Positions 1 to 11,500 of a DNA stretch of 64,000 nt are shown piece by piece. The translations under genes were made by a program, and so were the position numbers. The notes beneath the pieces are model-generated. The model was not told where the DNA came from and searched no databases. It saw only the letters and a list, made by a program, of their open reading frames with translations. This DNA is from Eledone cirrhosa (lineage: Eukaryota): the NCBI GenBank assembly GCA_964016885.1, contig OZ024742.1, positions 240,126,001-240,190,000 on the forward strand, in the 5' to 3' direction. Numbering within the stretch: position 1 is the stretch's first letter; every line of letters begins with the position of its first letter.

Positions 1-471
1 GTTGGAAGATTTTGATTTAAATATGAAGCCTTTAACCCTTTTGATATCGCCTCTGGTTCTATGATACAAAACCTATTTTAAAGGATTCCTATTTGAATTA
101 AACCCTTCCAATATAATTTGATATATGTATGGAACTGCCTGCTTGTGAAATTAACTTGTAAGTGGCTGAGCATTCCACAGATCCCCTTGAATTACAGGTA
201 AACTCATTTTTTGCTAGCTGAGTGGACTGGAGCAACATGAAATAAAGTGTCTTGCTGAAGAACACAGCGCACAACCTGGTATGAGAATCAAAATCACGAC
301 CTTATGAACACCCTAGCCACTAAGCCACATGTCTTCACACATTTGCTACAAATCAATCTTAGTAGTGAAATACTTAATACTTTCATTAAGTCCTTCCAAA
401 TGTTTCAGGAATTTATTTATGATAAAAACTGTATAAGCATGATATTATTTACAGTAACAACAATAATAATA

Positions 472-874
472 TTAATTGTTTCTACTTTTGGCACAAGGCC
501 AGCAATTACCCAGTGCATTACTGGTAATTTATTTTATCGACCCCGTAAGGATGAAAGGCAAAGTTAACCTCGGCGAGATTTGAACTCAGATCATAAAGGG
601 ATGTAACTCTATGCTTCAAAGCATGGCGTCTGACCCTCTACTGATACTGCCAATCCACCGCCCTCAATAATAATAATTATTATTTCTACTTTTGGCACAA
701 GGCCAGCTATTACTCCAGTGTATTACTGGTACTTTATTTTATCAACCCCATAAGGATGAAAGGCAAAGTTAACCTCGGCGTCAATAATAATAATAATTGT
801 TTCTACTTTAGGCACAAGGCCAGCAATTACCCAGTGCATTACTGGTACTTTATTTTATCGACTCCGTAAGGATG
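472..874 (-). mobile_element. Cluster of three family-B tRNA-headed SINE copies (one full, two partial)
   Basis: Repeated gagttcaaatc B-box, gcctttcatccttacggggtcgataaaataaagtacc core (Nin/Deu-domain-like) and (ATT)n tail. Confidence 0.85.
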
Positions 875-879
875 ACAAC

Positions 880-1425
880 TATAATGAAAGATAGAGAAAG
901 AAAGAAGAAAAAGAACAGAAAATGACAGGAAGGGAAGGGGATGGGAAGAGCTCTTATATCGCAGAAGTGAAGGAGGAGGGTGATTGGGCTTTGGGGCTAG
1001 CGCAAGAGGGTAGAAGTGCTGCGCCCTGCGGACAAAACAGCAAAAGCATTCCCATGGACAATGGCCAGTGACACCTGAGCAAAAGCCACCCAACCTCGCG
1101 GGCCTCCTTCCTCAGACGGGCCACCGACACTCTGATCTTGCGGAATCCAAGTACACCTGAGATCTCAACAGCAACCGGTGCGAAGAGGAAGCGGCTGGAC
1201 AAACCCCATCTTTGTTTATTTTACATTATTCTGCGAGGCAGGGTGCAGTGCCAGGGTTTGTGACCGAAGCAACTAAGTTGGAGGCGGAGAACATGTTTCA
1301 GCAGGTGGCATCCCAGATGAGGGATCTACCTCCTTCGAATGGGAAGAGGGTGATTCCGTTGGGGCGCTTGCCATCTCTGTGGTCTAGACCTGCTGGCTTC
1401 AGTTGAGATGGAAAGCCAGCTGCGT
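880..1425 (-). mobile_element. CRE-clade non-LTR retrotransposon 3' fragment (restriction-like endonuclease), degenerate
   Basis: Minus-strand translation [32 protein letters not shown]...AE*CK...FLFAPVAVEISGVLG...SLAIVHGNAFAVL, with stops and frameshifts. Abuts a SINE truncated at about 874. Confidence 0.75.
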
Positions 1426-1957
1426 TAATTGAAATATTAGAAATATGGTAACAAAAGTGTTCAAATGAGTGGGTTTGTTTCATAGTACCAGAGCTGGTTT
1501 TAGCTGAAGTTGTATTAAAAGGCTTGAGGTGACTGTTTAGTTGGCCTGCACTATAGTGCCAGCCTTGACCATCACTAACAACTGTATAGAGGATTAAAGA
1601 GTTACTGCAGTATGACAGGAACTAAGTTGAGGCAAACAGGAGCATTTGAGTGGCAACTACTGTTGAGTAGTCATTGAAGCCATTGAATTTGTGTTTAGAA
1701 CTTAATAGGTGGCTAGATGAGAGATTTGTGAGATGAACTTGAACTGAAAAGTGTGTATTTGTAAGTATGTATGGTGATGGAGAACTGTGACAGGAAACTT
1801 GTTTAGTTGTACAAGATTAGCTTTTGTAATATGAGTGCTGTTGAGATATAGTAGCAGAAATAAGTAGAATTCACTACTAAACTTCAGTGGATGGATACAC
1901 CTTTTGCTATATAACAACCAACCACCACTTGTTTGTGGTTTAATAAGGTTCTATTTT

Positions 1958-2384
1958 GGCAGTATCAGTATAGTGTCGGACACCATGCTTCGCGGCATAG
2001 AGTTACAGCCCTTTACGTTCTGAGTTCAAATCCCACCAAGGTTAACTTTGCCTTTCATCCTTATGGGGTTGATAAAATAAAGTACTAATAACACTGGAGT
2101 TGATTTAATTGACTTTTCCCTCTCCCCAAATTGCTGGCTTCATGCCTACAGTGGAAATCATTATTATTATTATCGATTGGCAGTATCAGTAGAGCATCGA
2201 ACAATATGCTTTGTGGCATAGTTACAGCCCTTTATTTTCTGCATTCAAATCCCGCCGAGGTTAACTTTGCCTTTCATCCTTATGGGGTCAATAAAATAAA
2301 GCACCAGTAACGTACTGGAGTTGATTTAATCGACTTTCCCCTCCCCCCAAATTACTGGCCTTGTGCCTATACTAGAAATTATTA
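1958..2384 (+). mobile_element. Two tandem family-B SINEs
   Basis: Same head, core and (ATT)n tail as the other family-B copies. Confidence 0.85.
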
Positions 2385-3446
2385 TCTAATCTATAATAAA
2401 GTAAGAAGCGCGAGACTGCGTACGGTTTATAATTTTTTATCGCCTTAGTAAAATAAGTTGGATTACTTTGAATAAATAATTGTTTCTACTATTGGCACAA
2501 GGCCAGCAAATACCCAGTACATTACTGGTACTTTATTTTATCGACCCCGTAAGGATGAAAGGCAAAGTTAACCTCGGCGGGATTTGAACTCAGAATGGCA
2601 AGGGCCGTAACTCTATACGTCGAAGCATGGCGTCCAACCCTCTACCGATACTGCCAATCCACCGCCCTTTGAATAAATAATTGTTTCTACTTTAGGCACA
2701 AGGCCAGCAATTACCCAGTACATTACTGGTACTTTATTTTATCGACCCCGTAAGGATGAAAGGCAAAGTTAACCTCGGCGGGATTTGAACTCGGACTGTA
2801 AAGGGACGTAACTATGCTAGAAAGCATGGTGTCTGACGCTCTACTGATTCTGCCAATCTACCGCCCTTTGAATAAATAATGAATGAATATTACATAATTT
2901 ATCTACTAAATTTCGTGGCTGTTCATTAAATATTTAAATATATTTTATTACTTATTTAAAGATTCACTTCTTTAAAATTTTCAAATGTCAACACTTCCGG
3001 TTAGCGATCGTTTATATAAATATTCATATATTTCTGTCACTAATTTTCTCCTAATGCAGTTTATATATAATATCGTCTTTGTTTAATGTATCATGGATTA
3101 CGTTACTGATTACATAAGACAGTGTAACACAGTCTTCGTTCAATTTCTGTGTATATTGTCAATTACGATTTTATTTGATCATATCTACATGCATATATAC
3201 TTGCGTATAATATCAATATACACACTACACCTGCTAGCAGATATATAATATCGTCTTTTTTTAATATATCATGGATTACTGATTACAGAAGACAGTGTAA
3301 CAATCTTTGCTCAATTTCTGTGTATATTGTCAATTACGGTTTTATTTGAATTATCATATCTACATGCATATATACTTGCGTATAATATCAATATACACAC
3401 TACACATGCTATCAGAAAACCACCCGAAGGATGGTTTTTCTGCTAG
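2385..3446 (+). mobile_element. Non-autonomous Helitron with two nested SINEs and an internal ~178-bp duplication
   Basis: A|TC 5' end, subterminal hairpin agaaaaccacccgaaggatggtttttct and CTAG|T 3' end. Homologous to 38419-38906. Confidence 0.8.
2477..2866 (-). mobile_element. Two family-B SINEs in tandem at one site
   Basis: ttgaataaataat occurs three times, at about 2468, 2669 and 2868. The empty site occurs once in the Helitron copy near 38505. Confidence 0.88.
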
Positions 3447-3459
3447 TTATTATAAATAT

Positions 3460-3858
3460 AGTGGATTGGCAGAATCATTAGAGTGTTGAACAAAATGCTT
3501 TGCTGCATTTAGTTGCAGCTGTTTATATTCTGAGTTCAAATCCTGTCAAAGTCAACTTTGCTTTTCATCCTTCTATGGTCAATAATATTGAAGTCAATAT
3601 GATTGCCTTTCCTCTCCTTGTGCCTGAATTAGAAACAATTATTATTATTATTTTAGTAGGGCAGTATGGGTAGGGTGTCAGACAACATGCTTTGTGCCCT
3701 TTACGTTCTGAGTTCAAGTCACACTAAAGTTAGCTTTACCTTTCATCCTTATAGGGTTAATAAAATAAAGTACCAGTAATGTACTGGGGTTGACTTCATT
3801 TTCCTCGCCCTCTGAAAATGTTGACCTTGTGCCTAAATCAGAAACGATTATTATTATT
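3460..3858 (+). mobile_element. Two older family-B SINEs
   Basis: Diverged head and core with (ATT)n tails. Confidence 0.75.
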
Positions 3859-3944
3859 TTAATAAGACATTTTCGGTGCAAACATGGCTGCATGGTTTAG
3901 AAGCTCACACACTTACATCACATTGCTCAGCCCAATTTATATAG

Positions 3945-4570
3945 AAGGAAGATCTGGGCAGAAGTTGTGAAATCACTGAAGCTCCCAGAGAAGGTGATGA
4001 AGGACCGCAGTGAGTGGTAGGATGTTGTTCTGGAAAAGACCCGTCCAACCCATGCATGCATAGAAAAGCCAACATAAAATGATGATGATATAGTAATTAG
4101 TAAAGTCTCAATGAAGAGCCCACACCATTTCGGCTGGCCTACAAGCTTACTAACTTTGAACTGTATATATTCGGAATATATATATATATAACTGTCTTCT
4201 GTTGGGATTTTATTAATTACTACACCAACTCTGTACCTATACATGCCTCAAGTACTACCTTAATCAGTGGTCCTCCCGTTTCCATATCATTTTCATCATT
4301 TTACGTCTGTTGTTCCATGCGTGCATGAGTTGGGCGAGTCTTTTTCAACAACATCTCTCTACTCATCACATTCTTTTGCCATCTCTTCTTTAAGCTTCAG
4401 TAAGTTAAGATCAGCTCTCACCACCTCTGCCCAGGTCTTCCTCAACTGCAGCTTCCTTACACTTGGATTTCTTGGCACTTCTTCACCCAATGATCATCAT
4501 TGTTGCACATCACATATCCATACCAACATAGTCTACTCTCTTGCACACTACATATGATTCCTCTTATACC
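3945..4570. mobile_element. Two RTE LINE 3'-end fragments (3945-4090 +, 4285-4570 -)
   Basis: Degenerate W.GHV..M..D.WVKKC and KTRPTHA motifs with (GAT)n tails. Confidence 0.75.
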
Positions 4571-4672
4571 TTGCAAAAGCATATGACCGCGTGAAAGGTT
4601 CTGCAGGAATATAGGCTCGATGGTTAGCTGATTGCCTGATGTCTCTCTCTCTCTCTCTGTATATATATATAT

Positions 4673-5012
4673 GGAGGCACATGGCTTAGTGGTTAGAGCA
4701 TTGGCCTTGCAATCGAAAGGTTGTGAGTTCAATTCTCAGACTGGGTGATGTGTTGTTTCCTTGAGCAAGACACTTTATTTCACATTGCTCCAGTTTACTC
4801 AGCTGTAGAAATGAGATGATAGGGACTGGGGTCCATATCATACCACTGCAAAGTGGTCGTGGAGGTGCCACGTCAAAAAAGCACTCAGCACTCACTGTAA
4901 ATGAGGTTGGTGTTAGGAAGGGCATCCATCTGTAGAAATCAATCCATCTGTAGAAATCAAGCTTGCAAGCAGGGAAAAAGCGGACGTAAAATGAAATGAT
5001 GATGAATGATGA
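4673..5012 (+). mobile_element. Family-A SINE (tRNA head, CORE-like domain, RTE-derived tail)
   Basis: A-box tggcttagtgg, B-box gagttcaattc, CORE-like ccttgagcaagacacttt...cagctgtagaaatg, (GAT)n tail. Flanked by (TA)n. Confidence 0.9.
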
Positions 5013-5020
5013 TATATATA

Positions 5021-6394
<1,374 letters not shown>

Positions 6395-6399
6395 ACCCT

Positions 6400-7085
6400 C
6401 ATCATTTTACATCTCTTTACTTATTGCTATCATTCATCATTTCTGTAAGCTTCTGCGATTTCAAATCAGCTCTTACAAACCATGCCGAGGTCTTTGTCTT
6501 CCTGTACTGCAGTTTACTTCCTCAGGAATTTTTTGACACTTCTTCACCCAATGATCATCACCTATATGCATCACATGACCATATCTGTACAGTCTTTGCT
6601 GTGTCATTCCCATTTGCATTGCACATCCATCAGAGCATGCTCAGTTTATTTCTATTTAGTTTTCGCATATCCTCAGCATTCATTACACATTGCACATAGG
6701 CATCGTACAGCCAGTTTTTCATTCATAGAGAGAAGCCTTTTGTCAATAGAGGTAGTAACTCTGAAATTGTTCTATCCAGTTCTTATCCCAGCTACTATGC
6801 TCTCAGTGCAACCACTTTCACTGCTAAGTAGCAAAAACTATCAGCTACTTCTTTATTTCAATGATGCTCTTTCCCTATGCATCTCCCATATACAAAAAGC
6901 TTATATTTATGCTCTTTGCCTGTGAGTAATCCAGCTCATCTCTTGTACACAGAATATATCCACATGTCTCTTCTTGAATATCTCCACAATTTCCCCAGAT
7001 CTACCTTTCAATGTACCTACATCTCTGAAATGTGTAACCTAATAGTGACAGATGAGTTGTCCTTTGGTACCTGACAAGGGAAGTG
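6400..7085 (-). mobile_element. Old degenerate RTE LINE fragment
   Basis: Colinear reverse-strand similarity to the 5430-6290 region. Confidence 0.7.
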
Positions 7086-7373
7086 GTTGTGCAATTGGGG
7101 TACTCTCCCTCATAGCTAGGTTAGCCACCCCCACTACTATGCGCAGCATTAACATGACTAGTGTTAGTCATGTACATGCTGTTAATATGAATCTTATATG
7201 CTATGCTTTTCATAGTTTTGGGTAGGGTTTTTTTCTGGTTGTATACTCTTTCTATCACCAACCACTTTACAGTGTGGACCGAGTGTATTTCATCATGTCA
7301 TCAACACTAGAGAGGTTGACATGAAGTGTCCTCTCTATTCTCTATCAGTTTCAATTCAGTGTGAGGCAGTTAT

Positions 7374-7711
7374 GGAGGCACATGGCTTAGTGGTTAGAGC
7401 ATTAGTCTTGCATTCGAAAGGTTGTGAGTTCAATTCACAGACCGGGTGATGTGTTGTTTCCTTGAGCAAGACACTTTATTTCACATTGCTCCAATTTACT
7501 CAGTTGTAGAAATGAGATGATAGGGACTGGGGTCCCTATCATTCCACTGCAAAGTGGTCGTGGAGGTGCCACGGCAAAAAAGCACCCAGCACTCACTGTA
7601 AATGAGGTTGGTGTTAGGAAGGGCATCCAGCTGTAGAAATCAAGCCAGAATCAGTTCCCGTCCCACCCTTGCAAGCAGGGAAAAGCGGACGTAAAAATGA
7701 TGATGATGATG
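7374..7711 (+). mobile_element. Family-A SINE, full length
   Basis: Near-identical to the other family-A copies. Confidence 0.92.
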
Positions 7712-8428
7712 TGACTATTCTCTTAGTCTGGTTGCTTTCTGGGTTAAATATATCAGAAACTGGCTGGTTTATATTACAATAAAAAAAAAAAAAGAAAGGT
7801 TGGATAAATATATGGATTATTAGTAGTTGTATGTAGTATGTATAGCAAGAAATATAAATACACAAAATAGTTATACCTGTCCTATGTCACACTGATGTCA
7901 CTGAGCCATGGTTACTTCACTTGTTAGAAATAGCAGCCAAATTATGCTTTACCATCTTCAAAACAAAAAAGAATTTGATAATCTTATATGGGGTACACTA
8001 TATTTAGAAAAAGAAAAGTGAAAGATGGGATGATTGCAGCTGAGATTTCTTTGAATATAGGTCTGCTCAGTCAGAATCATCTTGGGAGTAAACAATAACA
8101 CAAGATGTAGACATTTGTAAAACATTTTCAGAAATATTTGACTAATTTCTTCTATGACATCATTTGTAGGAAGGAACCTAAGAGGAGTCATTGTTGAAAT
8201 AAATTCTAGTTTCAGTGGGGACACTGAACTCTTGGACACAGCTGATTTCTTATGGGAGAGAGAGAATTATAGCAGAAAAATCAACACCAGTACTAGACTG
8301 GTACTTTATTTATTGACCTTGAAAGAGTGCAAGGCAAAGTTGACCTCAGCAGGATTATATATTTTCTTCTATATTCACAGTTGCAGTAGCTCGTTTTTTA
8401 TGGAATTATTTGCATTAATAACATTTAA

Positions 8429-8649
8429 CCCTTTAGTGTTTAAACTGGCTGTATCCAGCCAGAATCCTCTCACCTCTTTCTGTTCAAAGTGGCTGTAACC
8501 AGCCACTCATACTGATGTTAAGGTATTGTTCTCAAAATAAATGATATGAAAATCTCATAGATTCAATATTGTGTGAGATAATTATGTAAGATAAAGCCTT
8601 TACCATGAATATACAATAGTAAATATAGAGTAATGTAAATGCTAAAGTG
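8429..8649. mobile_element. TTAA-flanked piggyBac-like MITE, family 1
   Basis: TTAA|cccttta...taaagtg|TTAA termini. Homologous to 17482-17689, 40299-40498 and 53136-53346. Confidence 0.75.
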
Positions 8650-9199
8650 TTAATGGAGTGTATGGCTTCTAAAATCATTGTATGGATGTATTTTGGGGGC
8701 ATAATGCAGCATCTAATTATTTAAGAGTTAAACTACTTATTCCTTGAACAGTGTTTTTGTAATACCTAGACAGCATCAAATGAACATTGAACAAATTATG
8801 TAGACATAAGTGTCTAATGTTGCTTGTAGTCATCTCTGATTATTATGATTGTGAACCTTTACTTGTCATACTTACACCTGAAAATACTGGACAATGTTAC
8901 AGCAGCCACATGATGATTTTTTTTTTTTTTGCCTCACTACTGGGCTGATATTCACATTCTTATTATTACAAGCAATGTTATGTTATTTCATGTTATCTGT
9001 TCATCTCAAAATATCAAATATTTTTGTGATAATGTCATTTTGATATCACTATTCTCACTTTTAAGTCAAAAAGTATAATTTTGAAATCCTTAATCTCACT
9101 TTCAGTTGGCATGACCTCCCTTTGATCTCATATGTTCTCCCTTAGAATTACAAATAAGATCATTTTGGACAAATTTTATTCATGGAAATGAAAAAACAT

Positions 9200-9505
9200 A
9201 TAATAATACAATAAAAAGAAAAATAACATAAAAAGAAAGAAAAGAAAAAATTAAATAGCAAATGGAATGTAAGGGGAGGGGGAAATGCAGCAGGCTCTAT
9301 CCCAGTCCAGGTCTTGTGTCTCAGCTGTGCCCTGCACACAAAATGGCAATGGTATTGCCACAGAGAAAGCCAGCTACACTTCCTCACAGGACTCCTCCCA
9401 ATTTTGTGGAAGAATATAGCAGTTCAGGTAACCGAAGACACCCGATGTCTCGACAGTGACTGGCACAAAATAGAGATGGTTGGTCAGGTCGTGCGAACTA
9501 GACTT
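9200..9505 (-). mobile_element. Second CRE-clade 3' fragment, more decayed
   Basis: Minus-strand DLTNHLYFVPVTVETSGVFG...FFHKIGR...GNTIAILCAG, followed by a pyrimidine-rich tail like the copy at 880-1425. Confidence 0.65.
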
Positions 9506-9871
9506 CAAAATTAAGAGTGGAAAAAAACATTTTTTTTATTAAAAAATTTCTATTAAAAAATTTGTAATAGTTTTTCTAGATCCCAGCTCGTTCTCTACAA
9601 ATAGATTTGAAGACTTTCAACAATTGACATGAAGAATATAATTAATAAGAATAGCTGAGTTAAGGTTGAAACCAGATGTTCCATACATACTACTCAAGTG
9701 GATAAATACGATTATCAAAGCTATCTAGCAATGTATCAGGAATTGAAATAAGAAAATATTATAAATAGTTTCCCAGCCATCTATTCTTATTATACATTTG
9801 ATTGACTGCATACTGTGTGTATGTATGTATATATATGTATTTACATGAGTATGTATATTTATGTGTAGGTA

Positions 9872-9903
<32 letters not shown>

Positions 9904-10785
9904 AATATAGGTATGTATGTTTATGTGTATATATAGGTATGTATGTTTATGTGAATATATAGGTATGTATGTATGTATGTAGTCTATATATGTGTACATA
10001 TATGCATGTGCTTTTAGAAGAAAGAGATGATAAAAACATATGTTGCTAAGAATGAAGGGATGTCAGAATATATACACAGTTAGTAGATTGTTATTACTTC
10101 AACTTGTTGTGAGGATAAAGTTTATATCAAATATTTTCATCACAGAAGAACTATAGTAGAAATATTGACTGTTTAAATCTTAACATCCTGTAATGATTCA
10201 GCAGAAAATATCTAAAAATGGATTTGTTAATTCAAATATTTATAGTATCTTTACTTGTGGGCAGATTATGAAAATCTGCGGTGTTAGAGTAAAGGCTTTA
10301 ATATTTAATATGATGTAGTCCAGAATGTATTTTAAGGAAATTTTACAACTGCATAATTTTTTATAGCAAGTGCCATGACCCAGTCTTTGATATTCTCTGA
10401 GTCTGGGAAGCATTTGTAATGGTTATTTTTAACATGTTATGAGTGTTTTAAGTCTTTTAATCATCACTTGCCATATAGGCACATGTAGTATTTACACAAA
10501 ATTTAGAATTTAGAACTACACAAGCAGTCAACTTCATGTAAAATAATCAGTGATTCAGTTGTAGTGTTGTTTTATACTTTTCAAGAATATCTTGCTAATG
10601 TGGACTTATGTGGTACAGGATGTTAAGTCTTAAATATTTATAGTGGATATTGGAATTGTGCCATGCTATGTAAAACAAATACTCATCATAAGGTCTTTTT
10701 ATTGACGAGTATTTATCTGTTTCACATAGCATAGCACAATATCAACATCCTCTTCTAGAAATATCTAAATACTCAATGTGACAAC

Positions 10786-11500
10786 ATGAAGAAGCAGAGA
10801 AGTCTGGAAAGAACAGACATGAGAATGGTCCGGGGAATGAGTAAAGAGATAGGAAGACAAACAATGAATAATTGCCAGGGATTGATAGGAATAGAACCAG
10901 TGATGGATGTTATGAAGAGAAATGGAATGAAATGGTTGGGTCATGTGTTGAGGAAAATTGAAAGTGACTGGGAGAGGAATGATGGAAATAGAGCCAGTGA
11001 TGAGAAATGGAATGAGATGGTTGGGTCATGTGTTGAGGAAGCATGAAAGTGACTGGGTAACAGGAGTGGTGGGTATGGAGCTAGTGATAAATGTTATAAA
11101 GAGAAATGGAATGAGATGGTTGGGTCATGTGTTGAGGAAGGATGAAAGTGTGATTGAGAGGAGTGATGGGGATGGAGGCAGTGAGGGATGTTGTGAAGAG
11201 AAATGGAATGAGATGTTGGGTCATGACTGAGTGAAAGGAATAGAACCAGTGTTGAATGTTGTGAAGAGAAATGGAATGAAATGGTTGGGTCACGTGTTGA
11301 GGAAGAATGGAAGTGATGAGGTGATGGAAATAAATGGAAGGAAGGAGAGCTAGAGGCTAAAGATGATGGGGGAGGAAATGAAAGCCAGGTCATTACTGAA
11401 GCGTGATGCAGACGATAGGGAAAAGTGGAGAAACCTGTCATGGTACTTACAAGACTAACATCTACTTATGCACAAAAAATGGCCTTAAAATGCTTGTTGA
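10786..11500 (+). repeat. RTE-type LINE C-terminal fragment with tandemly amplified ~80-90-bp unit (about 5 copies)
   Basis: Repeated gagaaatggaatgagatggttgggtcatgtgttgaggaag (RNGMRWLGHVLRK), preceded by LERTDMRMVR. Confidence 0.8.

Noticed and set aside
1486-1528. Possible plus-strand micro-exon [13 protein letters not shown]
   Set aside because: Weak donor, no partner exon and no recognisable homology; expected by chance.
4673-4745. tRNA gene
   Set aside because: It has A and B boxes but is the head of a multi-copy SINE, with no complete acceptor stem or terminator.
9570-9800. Short open frames with possible splice sites on both strands
   Set aside because: Several incompatible readings, no recognisable protein, and stops in most frames.
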